Below are positions 7,129-15,325 of a DNA stretch of 32,000 nucleotides, piece by piece (the first letter of the stretch is position 1; each line of letters begins with the position of its first letter). Below the pieces are notes generated by a model. That model had not been told where the DNA came from and searched no databases. It was given only the letters and a program-made list of their open reading frames with translations. A program made the translations under genes and the position numbers. The stretch comes from Akkermansia muciniphila ATCC BAA-835 (GTDB lineage: Bacteria > Verrucomicrobiota > Verrucomicrobiia > Verrucomicrobiales > Akkermansiaceae): positions 1,530,001-1,562,000 of the forward strand of contig NC_010655.1 in the NCBI RefSeq assembly GCF_000020225.1. The letters are read 5' to 3'.

Positions 7129-8814
7129 TTACCGGTTCTGCCGCAGGGGCGAGACTTTATTGCCGCTGATTTTGTTGATCAATATTTCCCCTTGATGCTT
7201 TAATTTTTTGTCATTCCATATTTCCAGCAGACGGCGGTAGGTTGCCACATAGTATGTGCGGGTCTGTTCTCTTTTTTCCAATGCCGTGATGGCGCCTTCC
7301 ATCATGCCGGCGGAGTATCTTTTCATTTTAGGCGTCCATGAGGCATTGTTCCCTTTCCTGGCCCAGACGGAAAGATGCTTCCCGATGAATCCCTCCCTGT
7401 ATTTGATTATCTTGCCGATTTCAGGGCAATCCGCCACGAGTTTGTTCCAGCACAGCCTCGTGAAGAGTTCCTCTGCCGCGGGAGAGCAGTCGGAGTCCAG
7501 GAAACAGGCGTACAGTTCATAGGGATTGACTTTGCTTTCCCGGATTTTGAGTATGTTTACCGCTGCATGATGGAGGAGGTTGTGTTCATGGGGCATGGCC
7601 TGCGCCAGTTCTTTAAGCAGGGTGAGTTTTTGCCGGTCATTGATTCCTTTGGCCTTCATGCTCAGGTAACGACGCCATGCCGGATAATTAAATGGGTTCA
7701 TCTTGCAGGCTTCTTTCAGCAACAATTCCCGTTGGACGGGACGCGGAGAGCAGTCAGATAAAACCGTCATCAGGAAGGATTCTTCCGCCAGACCGTGATG
7801 AATGAAGGCATTGTAAGCCGGGATGAGCTGGACGGGGCCGTTCCAGGGTATCTGGCTTTTTCCCGTTGACCAGTTCCATCCGCTGATATTGTTGCCGATT
7901 TTCCAGTGTCCGCCGGGGTGTTTCCAGATAAAGGCGCAGTGTCCCGGCTGCCCGATGGCCCACGCGGGGACGCCTTTGGCTCTCAGAAAGCCTGCCGCTC
8001 CTTTGGAGACGGCGCCGCACACGCCTCCGTATTCCGTATAAAGCTTTAATGTGACCGGTTTGTGGTCGTAAAAAGCGGCTCCGGCATGAACGCTGACTCC
8101 CTGAAGGTTTTTCCTGCGATAGGGGATGAAACCCATGAATTTATTTCCAGCCTGTTCGGGAGGGATCTGTTTTTTCTCTATGAACTGCTGGGCCCAGGAC
8201 AGGTCTTCCAGGCTCTCTCTGCCACGGAAAACGATGGCCCATTCCCACGGCTGCATCGTGTCCGCCTGGGGATGACATGCGGATTGGAAGTAGGATTCCC
8301 GGTAAAAATTGAATTTGGACAGGCATTCTTCAGGAGGGATGACATTTGAGGCAAGCCCTGCCCCCAGAGCCATGCTGGTTTCAACGGGGCGGAGCGTTTT
8401 ATTGTTCGCGTTCCAGATGCGGTAAAATATGGATAGGGTTTGTTTGCCGGCTGCCCCGGATAGGGCAAGCATTCTGAAGACTTCCGGGTGGGTGGAGAGC
8501 CATTTCCTGAATGCCCCGTCCTTGAGTTCATGCTGCGTGAACGGTTCTCCGTTTTCCGCGGTGCTGAAAAATTGGTACAGGTGGCATAACAGGGCGACTT
8601 GCGGGGCGTGTGCCATGGCCCGGATTTTATCCGTGTCGAGGTTTGCGGTTCCCAGTTTCCTGCACAGAATATCCCGGGCTTTTCCGGAGATGAACGAGGA
8701 ACGTTCGGCTGAAAGTAGTGTCTGGATATCCGGTTCCTGCGCTGACGCCTGGATAACGGGAAAGGCTGCCAGGGGGAGCGCTCCTAAAAGGAGAATACGG
8801 AAGATATTATTCAT
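7129..8814 (-). CDS. secreted transglutaminase-like (papain-fold Cys-His) domain protein
   Basis: 561-aa ORF with a signal peptide (ILLLGALPLAAFPVIQASA/QEP). The core YGGVCGAVSKGAAGFLRAKGVPAWAIGQPGHCAFIW matches the transglutaminase-core pattern G-x-C...RAxGIPAR...H-x-W. Cys266 is the codon at 8017-8019 and His292 the codon at 7939-7941. The C-terminal ~220 aa look helical-repeat-like. Confidence 0.8.
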   Translation of the reverse strand: MNNIFRILLLGALPLAAFPVIQASAQEPDIQTLLSAERSSFISGKARDILCRKLGTANLDTDKIRAMAHAPQVALLCHLYQFFSTAENGEPFTQHELKDGAFRKWLSTHPEVFRMLALSGAAGKQTLSIFYRIWNANNKTLRPVETSMALGAGLASNVIPPEECLSKFNFYRESYFQSACHPQADTMQPWEWAIVFRGRESLEDLSWAQQFIEKKQIPPEQAGNKFMGFIPYRRKNLQGVSVHAGAAFYDHKPVTLKLYTEYGGVCGAVSKGAAGFLRAKGVPAWAIGQPGHCAFIWKHPGGHWKIGNNISGWNWSTGKSQIPWNGPVQLIPAYNAFIHHGLAEESFLMTVLSDCSPRPVQRELLLKEACKMNPFNYPAWRRYLSMKAKGINDRQKLTLLKELAQAMPHEHNLLHHAAVNILKIRESKVNPYELYACFLDSDCSPAAEELFTRLCWNKLVADCPEIGKIIKYREGFIGKHLSVWARKGNNASWTPKMKRYSAGMMEGAITALEKREQTRTYYVATYRRLLEIWNDKKLKHQGEILINKISGNKVSPLRQNR

Positions 8815-8995
8815 GGGAGGTGGGCGGAATTGTATCCATACCTAATATAATCCATCATATGGCAAAAAGATGATGAACTGTCAACGGAAATATTTTTGTT
8901 TTCTGGGAAAATGATTGAACGAAGAATCAATGGAAATAGAAACCCAGTGAATGAAGAGGCGCCGCGAAACCATGTCCGCCCGTTGAATGGAGGCG

Positions 8996-9667
8996 TCAAG
9001 GGCGGATCAGGTTTTCCATATTGCTTTGGACCAGGTCAACCAGGTTGTTGACGGTCATGCCCAGTTCCTGCGCCGCGCGTCGGTAAAGTTCCGGAAGGGT
9101 TTCCGGATGCCCGTCCGATTCCAACGCCAGCCGATGGAGCGGTATGGAGGCAAGGAGTCCCGGACGTTCCATTTCCCGCAGCCCTACGGAAAGAAGCCAG
9201 TTTCCCGAAGGAAGTTCCGTGCCGGGATGCAGTGCCCCCGTCCAGCCGTGCAGGACAATGTTCAAACGGGGATATTTTGTCAGCATTTCCGCCAGCGTGC
9301 CCCATGCGCGGCAGCAGTGCAGGGAAGCGGGGCGGTCCAGACGCGCGGCCAGTTCCAGATGCCGTTCCAGCGCTTCCTTCTGGAGAGGCAGCCCCGGGAT
9401 GCCGCGCCGACATTTGTCCAGCCCCGTTTCCCCAACGCCCGCATGGGGGATTTTTTGCAGAAGGGATTCCAGCCTGGGCATTTCCTCTTTCCATTCAGCC
9501 GGGTTCAGGAACCAGGGATGAATGCCGAAAAAGGGCGTAACGTGTTCATCCCGTTCCGCCAGAAGGGCCACCTGTTTCCAGTCCGCCGGGGAGGTGCCGC
9601 AGATGAACTGCGGCGCCGTGCCGGAAGCGGCTGTAGAGGAATGGGTGTGGGCGTCCGGCAGATTCAT
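8996..9667 (-). CDS. TatD-family metal-dependent hydrolase
   Basis: 223-aa ORF with an N-terminal DAHTH, then GIHPW, GETGLD, a LHCCRAW/VLHGW block and a C-terminal LESDGHP. This is the TatD/YjjV-type amidohydrolase-fold signature. Confidence 0.85.
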   Translation of the reverse strand: MNLPDAHTHSSTAASGTAPQFICGTSPADWKQVALLAERDEHVTPFFGIHPWFLNPAEWKEEMPRLESLLQKIPHAGVGETGLDKCRRGIPGLPLQKEALERHLELAARLDRPASLHCCRAWGTLAEMLTKYPRLNIVLHGWTGALHPGTELPSGNWLLSVGLREMERPGLLASIPLHRLALESDGHPETLPELYRRAAQELGMTVNNLVDLVQSNMENLIRP

Positions 9668-9673
9668 CGTTGC

Positions 9674-11401
9674 TTAATGGGACAGAGATGGCGCGTCCGA
9701 CGGTTCAATGATATCAAAACTCTGTTTCGCCAGGCGCACGGCGGCGGCGCCCGTTTCCATTTCATCATGGATGACGTTGGCGATGCCCGCGTGATGCAGG
9801 GAAGCCACTTCCGAACGGAATTTGGCGCGGGCAATCACCGTGATGTCCGCATTGGCTCCCTTGATCTGCATGTAGGTGGACAGGGCCGGGGCAGGGTCCG
9901 GGAATGTGAAGGCAATCAGCCGCGCGGTACGGACGCCCGCCAGGTCCATGGTGATTTGGTGCTGGATGTCTCCCAGAAAGGCCAGATGGCCGCCGTTGAG
10001 CAGGGATTTGACGGTGTCCGCATTCAGGTCGATAATGATGCAGGGGATGCCGTACTGGGACAGGCTTTCATGAAGCCTCCTGCCTACGGGGCCGTAGCCG
10101 CAAATGATGGCATGGTTCCTGATGCCTTCCATGCGTGTGATCAGGGTTTCCACGTTGAGGCGTTCCCGTTTTGTTTTCAACCCGGGAATGCGCACCAGCA
10201 GCGGGGTAAGTTTCCGTGCCGCCTTCATCAGCAGCGGAGTCATGCCCATGGAGACGGCGGCAATGGCGTAAACGTTGGTGGTCACCAGCGCCGGGATGGG
10301 GGATATTTCCTGCATGAAAGGGATGAGCACCAGGGAAAATTCCCCCACATTGGTGAGTGCGGTGGAGGCCATGATGCCCATGCGCCCGGGAATTTTCAGG
10401 AAGCTTGCGGCTGTAAGGCAGGCTACGAATTTGATCGCGAGGACAAAGGAGGCGAAGGTTGCCACCTGGCCGATGTGTTCCCACAGTCCATCAATGTCAA
10501 TCAACAGCCCGGCGGAAACGAAGAAGATGGTCAGGAAAAGGTCCTTGAAGGGGAGCACTTCGCTAAGAACCCGGTGGCTGTAATAAGAGCTGCTGACGAA
10601 GAGGCCGGCGGTGAAAGCGCCCAGGGCGATGCTCAGGCCCAGCAGACTGGCGAGCATGGCAATTCCCGAACAGATGGCGAACACCATCAGGGTGAAGAGT
10701 TCCCGGCTTTTGGTCCGGGCGACGGCCAGCATGATGCGCGGAAGCAGGTAGCGGCCGATCAGCCAGGCGGCTCCCAGAAAGACAAGCCCCCGCAGCACGG
10801 CCATGCCGATGTTGAGCGCTGTTTCCCATGAGTCGGGCGCGGCGGTGAAGATCTGCGGCATGATTGCCACCAGCATGATGGCGGCGATGTCCTGGAACAG
10901 GGCAATTCCCACCGCCATTTTTGCCCCGGAGGTTCCGCTCAGGCCGAATTCCTGGAAGGATTTCAGCGCCACCGCCGTGGAGGATAGTCCCATAATGGCC
11001 CCGACCGTCAGGGAGTGGCTCATGTCCATGCCTGTGGCGTAATGAAGCCCCAGGCCGAAAGCCGCAGTGCAGATGAACATCTGAATACCTCCGCCGACCA
11101 GAGCGGTTTTCCGCAGGTGCTTGAGTTCATCGACGGAAAATTCAAGCCCCAGCGTGAACATGAGCAGGATAATTCCTACCTCGGAAAGAGCCTGGATGCT
11201 GACGTCGGAATTGGGGATGTGGTCCAGAATGCCGCAGTTGGCCAAAATTACCCCGCAGATGAAGTAGCCCGCCAGCAGGGACTGCCGGAAGTGGGCCAGA
11301 ATGAGGGCAATCGCGATGATTCCCATGAAGACGACAGTAAGCAGAATGAAGAATGGAGGCGCGTCATTAGGACCTCCGGAGGCCAGCAGAGAGAGAACCA
11401 T
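9674..11401 (-). CDS. CPA2-family cation:proton antiporter with C-terminal RCK/TrkA-N domain (KefB/KefC-like)
   Basis: 575-aa ORF. The first ~390 aa are a run of hydrophobic helices typical of the Na+/H+-exchanger fold. They are followed by the Rossmann motif IICGYGPVGRRL...IIIDLN. Confidence 0.9.
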   Translation of the reverse strand: MVLSLLASGGPNDAPPFFILLTVVFMGIIAIALILAHFRQSLLAGYFICGVILANCGILDHIPNSDVSIQALSEVGIILLMFTLGLEFSVDELKHLRKTALVGGGIQMFICTAAFGLGLHYATGMDMSHSLTVGAIMGLSSTAVALKSFQEFGLSGTSGAKMAVGIALFQDIAAIMLVAIMPQIFTAAPDSWETALNIGMAVLRGLVFLGAAWLIGRYLLPRIMLAVARTKSRELFTLMVFAICSGIAMLASLLGLSIALGAFTAGLFVSSSYYSHRVLSEVLPFKDLFLTIFFVSAGLLIDIDGLWEHIGQVATFASFVLAIKFVACLTAASFLKIPGRMGIMASTALTNVGEFSLVLIPFMQEISPIPALVTTNVYAIAAVSMGMTPLLMKAARKLTPLLVRIPGLKTKRERLNVETLITRMEGIRNHAIICGYGPVGRRLHESLSQYGIPCIIIDLNADTVKSLLNGGHLAFLGDIQHQITMDLAGVRTARLIAFTFPDPAPALSTYMQIKGANADITVIARAKFRSEVASLHHAGIANVIHDEMETGAAAVRLAKQSFDIIEPSDAPSLSH

Positions 11402-11419
11402 GGCGGTCAGGTCGGGAAG

Positions 11420-12271
11420 TTAGGGAATGGTTATGAGGTTGATTTCCGGCGGGCAGTTGAAGCGGCCCGGCCCTATATAGCCTATGCCGCGGGTGACGAA
11501 TACCTGCTTGTCCTCATAAGGATGGAACCCGGAGTACATGGTTTCCCCTTCCGACGCCAATAGCGGGGTGGAAAAGAAAGGCAGTTTGATTTGGCCTCCA
11601 TGCGTATGGCCGGAGAGCATCAGGTCCCAGCGGTAATTTCCCAGCAATTCCCTTCCTTTGGGGTTGTGGCTCAGGACGATGGTTGGCATGGGCGAGTTTT
11701 CCTCCAATTCGCGCGGGCTCATGCACCGGTCCGGGAAAAAGTCACCCTCCCGCAGGTCTCCCAGCCCCACCAGTTTGAATTCCACATTTCCCAGCCTGGG
11801 GATGGAGACGAAGGCGGCGGAATTCCTGAGCAGTGTGAAGCCCCCTTCCTTCAGGACGCGTTCCACATTGTCCGCAAGGGCCATGTCATGGTTGCCCAGA
11901 CATGCGTAGGCCGGGGCGACGGAGGAGAGGCGTTTCATCTGGGTGATGTAGTCGCCTGCATGAGTGACCCGCAGAAAATCCGTGTACAGATCTCCCAGAA
12001 ATACGATCATGTCCGGTCTGGCCTGTTCCGCTATTGTTGCCGCTTTTTCCAGCAGAGGCAGATTGGTGTGGATATCCGACAATACCAGGATACGAAGGCC
12101 GGAAAGGTCGGGTACACATCCGGCAGGGGCCGTGTTTTCATTAAATTCCAGATGATTGGCTTCCCAATGCATGTAGGAGGCCAGTAGGGACCCCAGCAGA
12201 ATGACAGCCGCGGCCGCATACAGGAGCTTGCGAAGCTGGGAACGCTTTTTGGAGAAAGGGTGGGTGGTCAT
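11420..12271 (-). CDS. membrane-anchored calcineurin-like metallophosphoesterase (YkuE-like)
   Basis: Motifs LVLSDIHT, GDLYTD, GNHD and SGHTHGGQ. I chose the start at ATG 12271 (MTTHPFSKK... followed by the TM helix LLYAAAAVILLGSLLA). This gives an ATGA overlap with the upstream stop. The longest ORF (to 12385) would overlap the aminopeptidase gene by 118 nt. Confidence 0.85.
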   Translation of the reverse strand: MTTHPFSKKRSQLRKLLYAAAAVILLGSLLASYMHWEANHLEFNENTAPAGCVPDLSGLRILVLSDIHTNLPLLEKAATIAEQARPDMIVFLGDLYTDFLRVTHAGDYITQMKRLSSVAPAYACLGNHDMALADNVERVLKEGGFTLLRNSAAFVSIPRLGNVEFKLVGLGDLREGDFFPDRCMSPRELEENSPMPTIVLSHNPKGRELLGNYRWDLMLSGHTHGGQIKLPFFSTPLLASEGETMYSGFHPYEDKQVFVTRGIGYIGPGRFNCPPEINLITIP

Positions 12272-13413
12272 GATAGGGAGGGGTTGAGAATGGCCAGTTC
12301 CGGCAGGGTGAATAATCCGTTGCGGCGCACCAGCTTCCCGTCCAGGTAAATATCTCCGCCCCCGGCCGCTTCCGTCTGGATGCATACCATGTCCCAGTGG
12401 ATGCGGGACTGGTTGCCGTTGTCCGCCACGTGGTAGGCCTGCCCCGGCGTCAAGTGGAAGGAGCCGGAAATTTTTTCGTCAAACAGGATGTTGCGCATGG
12501 GGCGTGTGATGGCCGGATTGACGCCGAAGGCGAATTCTCCCAGCCTCCGCGCGCCGGGGTCTGTGTCAAGAATGGCGTTGAGCTCCCCTGTTTTATCTCC
12601 CGCTTCCGCATGCACGACCAGTCCGTTTTTCAGCGTCAGGCGGATGTTGTCAAAGGGGATTCCCTGGAACAGGCTGGGCGTATTGAAGGAAATGTGGCCG
12701 TTGGCGCTGTCGATGACGGGGGCGGTGAATACTTCTCCGTCGGGCAGATTGCATTCCCCTGCGCACGGGATGGCAGGCAGCCCTTTGATGGAAAAGGAAA
12801 TGTCCGTTCCCGGCCCGGTAATTTTCACATATTCAGCCTTTTCCATCATGGCGGCCAGCTTTCGCATGGCGGGACGCAGGGCGGCGTAATCCATCAGGCA
12901 GGTGCGGAAATAGAAATCCTCAAACTCTTCCGTGCTCATGGCCGCCTGCTGGGCCATTCCCCCGGACGGCCAGCGAAGCCCGCACCAGCGCGTATGGCGG
13001 ATGCGCCGCTGGGAGACGGGGTTCAGGGCTTTCATGGCGGCGGCCATATTTTCCTGTGGAACGGAGGACAGTTCAAAGGCGTTCCCCCCGCCGCGTATTT
13101 CAATGTAGGCGTCCATGTCCTCCATTTCCGCCAGGCGGTGGCGGCCGATGATGCCGTATTGTTCTTCCGTTGCTCCTGAGAGCATTTCCCGGTTCAGGCG
13201 GGACTGGTTCAGGCGCAGAAAGGGTATTGCTCCCGCATTCCTCGCCTCCCGGATGAGGGCTATTCCCATTTCCTCCGGAATATCCGTCAGTTCCAGCAGA
13301 ACCCTGTCTCCGGGGCGCAGGGCTGTGGAATACCCTGCAAGCTGGGCTGCAAGGGCCTGAAAACGGGGGTCTCTCATGCCTTTATTAGGCAAATACGGCA
13401 GCCTTTTTGTCAA
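12268..13413 (-). CDS. M29-family aminopeptidase (AmpS/PepS-like)
   Basis: 381-aa ORF with family-typical blocks: LAAQLAGYSTALRPGDRVLL, CNLPDGEVFTAP, GEFAFGVNP, LFDEKISGSFHLTPG and HWDMV. An alternative ATG at 13377 (MRDPRF...) is possible. Confidence 0.85.
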   Translation of the reverse strand: MTKRLPYLPNKGMRDPRFQALAAQLAGYSTALRPGDRVLLELTDIPEEMGIALIREARNAGAIPFLRLNQSRLNREMLSGATEEQYGIIGRHRLAEMEDMDAYIEIRGGGNAFELSSVPQENMAAAMKALNPVSQRRIRHTRWCGLRWPSGGMAQQAAMSTEEFEDFYFRTCLMDYAALRPAMRKLAAMMEKAEYVKITGPGTDISFSIKGLPAIPCAGECNLPDGEVFTAPVIDSANGHISFNTPSLFQGIPFDNIRLTLKNGLVVHAEAGDKTGELNAILDTDPGARRLGEFAFGVNPAITRPMRNILFDEKISGSFHLTPGQAYHVADNGNQSRIHWDMVCIQTEAAGGGDIYLDGKLVRRNGLFTLPELAILNPSLS

Positions 13414-13458
13414 GCCGGAGACTTGCCACGGGCAAAAAACTGTGGTTTTATCCCCCGG

Positions 13459-14046
13459 ATGTCCAGATTGCCCAAGTTAGGAATACTCGGTTCCGGTTCC
13501 GGTTCCAATTGCCAGTCCATTTATGATGCCATCCAGTCCGGTTCTCTCCGGGCGGAAATCGCCGTGGTGATGTCTGACAATCCGGACGCCTATATTCTGG
13601 AACGCGCCCGTTCCTGGGGCATTCCGGCGGAGGTTATTGACTGCGGGGGATTTAAAACCAGATTTCCGGAGGAATCCCAGGCATCCGTTGCCGCGCGCCT
13701 GAAGCAATACGGCGTGGACTGCGTGTGCCTGGCGGGATTCATGCGCTTGGTGAAACTTCCGCTGCTGAAGGAATTTCCTTCCCGCATCCTGAATATCCAC
13801 CCTTCCCTTCTTCCAGCCTTCCCGGGGCTTCATGCCTGGGAGCAGGCTGTGAACGCCGGAGCTGCGGAGAGCGGCTGCACCGTCCATTATGTGGATGACG
13901 GAATGGATACCGGCCCCATCCTGGGCCAGGCTCGCGTGCCCGTGCTGCCGGGGGATACGCCGGAAAGCCTTCACGCCCGCATTCAGGAGCAGGAGCATAC
14001 CCTTTATCCCGCCATGATCGCCCGCGTTCTGGAAACGCTGGCATGA
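13459..14046 (+). CDS. purN: phosphoribosylglycinamide formyltransferase
   Basis: LGILGSGSGSN, CLAGFMRL, NIHPSLLPAFPG and GCTVHYVDDGMDTGPI are classic PurN blocks. I chose ATG 13459; the ORF track starts at an upstream TTG (13423). Confidence 0.9.
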   Translation: MSRLPKLGILGSGSGSNCQSIYDAIQSGSLRAEIAVVMSDNPDAYILERARSWGIPAEVIDCGGFKTRFPEESQASVAARLKQYGVDCVCLAGFMRLVKLPLLKEFPSRILNIHPSLLPAFPGLHAWEQAVNAGAAESGCTVHYVDDGMDTGPILGQARVPVLPGDTPESLHARIQEQEHTLYPAMIARVLETLA

Positions 14047-14184
14047 CCTGATTCTCCTTCTGACCGGAAAGCAATCCGGCCTCCTGCCGGGAGAGGATGA
14101 CAGGATGACCGATTCTCTTGTCTTGTGATATGAACGGAATCCGTTAAAAAGGAGTCCTCTTTTCAAAGAAAGGATAAAAATACC

Positions 14185-15018
14185 ATGAAGATGAAACCTT
14201 CCATCGCCCTGTTTGCCGCTTCCGCTCTTCTGGCGGGTGTGGCAGGCGCGCAAGAAAAGGCCGCCGAAGCTCCGGCAGCCGACCAACCCAAACAAGAGAA
14301 AGAAATTACTGTGTCTCCCGAACAGATGAAAAAGGACCTGGGCTATTTTCTGGGTTTCCAGAGCGGTCAGCAACTTGGTTCCATTCCTACCCTGACCTTT
14401 GACGACCTGGACCAGGAATCCTTCCTGCAGGGCATCAAGGACGGCATGGTCCGCAAGCCCGCCAAGGACCAGGAACAGCTGAAACCCGCCCTGGATGCGT
14501 TCCAGAAGCAAATTGACGAACGCATTTCCGCCAAGGCCAAGGCCAATTTGGAGGCCAGCAGGAAATTCATGGAGGAAAACGGCAAAAAAGAAGGCGTCAC
14601 CACAACGAAGTCCGGCCTCCAGTACAAGGTTGTGAACAAGGGCGGCGAAGAAAAATTTGATGAAAAGAAGTTCAAGAACCCCATGTTCAAGGTGAAGTAC
14701 AAGGGCACGCTGCTGGACGGCACCGTGTTTGACGACACCAAGGGCAAGTCCGTGGAACTTCCTCTCCAGGTCATCCCCGGTTTTGCCGAAGCGCTGACCA
14801 CGATGCCCGTCGGCTCCAAATGGATTGTCTACATTCCTTCCGAGCTGGCTTACGGGGAAAACACTCCCGGCGCTCCGATTGAACCCAATTCCCCGCTCAT
14901 CTTTGATCTGGAACTGGACGGCATTTCGGAAGCCCCTGCTCCCCAGGGAGGCCCCATGAGCATTTCTCCGGAACAACTTCAGGAGATGCTTAAGCAGAGC
15001 GGCGCCCAGCAGCAGTAA
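14185..15018 (+). CDS. periplasmic FKBP-type peptidyl-prolyl cis-trans isomerase (FkpA/Mip-like)
   Basis: 277-aa ORF with a signal peptide (SIALFAASALLAGVAGA/QE). An N-terminal helical FKBP_N-like region is followed by the FKBP core: SGLQYKVV, VKYKGTLLDGTVFDDT, VIPGFAEAL, W.VYIPSELAYGE and LIFDLEL. Confidence 0.9.
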   Translation: MKMKPSIALFAASALLAGVAGAQEKAAEAPAADQPKQEKEITVSPEQMKKDLGYFLGFQSGQQLGSIPTLTFDDLDQESFLQGIKDGMVRKPAKDQEQLKPALDAFQKQIDERISAKAKANLEASRKFMEENGKKEGVTTTKSGLQYKVVNKGGEEKFDEKKFKNPMFKVKYKGTLLDGTVFDDTKGKSVELPLQVIPGFAEALTTMPVGSKWIVYIPSELAYGENTPGAPIEPNSPLIFDLELDGISEAPAPQGGPMSISPEQLQEMLKQSGAQQQ

Positions 15019-15039
15019 GGAAAAAATAATTCAAGTCAG

Positions 15040-15068
15040 GGCCGTTCCCGGGAGGGAGCGGCCTTTTT
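15040..15068 (+). terminator. rho-independent terminator after the FKBP gene
   Basis: 10-bp stem GGCCGTTCCC (15040-15049) / GGGAGCGGCC (15054-15063) with one G-U pair and a 4-nt loop GGGA, followed directly by TTTTT (15064-15068). Confidence 0.65.
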
Positions 15069-15325
15069 GTTTCTATCCGTACCGCTTTCATCAGGAAAGC
15101 GAATGGGCAGACTGGGAATTTATAATCCTGCTTCTTTTCTTAATCTATGTATTTTACTTGTAATGAAAGAGTGATGGTTTTGCTTCTCTGGATATGTAGG
15201 CGGATATGCTGGACAGGTGGAGTTTATTATTTTCCATTATTTATTTAATGTGAGTCATTTCTGAAAATAGACTTGCCAACGGATTATAAATCCGGGTATT
15301 ACTGGTCACAATATCTTTGATCAAT

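Noticed and set aside
8854-8884. A candidate promoter for the low-GC operon on the minus strand: a perfect TTGACA (8884-8879) and TATGAT (8859-8854).
   Set aside because: On careful counting the spacer is 19 nt, outside the favoured 16-18 range, and no better -10 is correctly spaced. I did not report it as a feature; a TSS map is needed.
13378-13458. A gene-orientation switch: almost everything to the left is on the minus strand and everything to the right on the plus strand. I considered this as a possible replication origin.
   Set aside because: The divergent gap is only ~45-80 bp. I found no cluster of DnaA boxes (TTATCCACA or its complement), no AT-rich unwinding element at the switch, and no dnaA/dnaN nearby. 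It is more simply a divergent promoter region. A genome-wide GC-skew plot would settle it.
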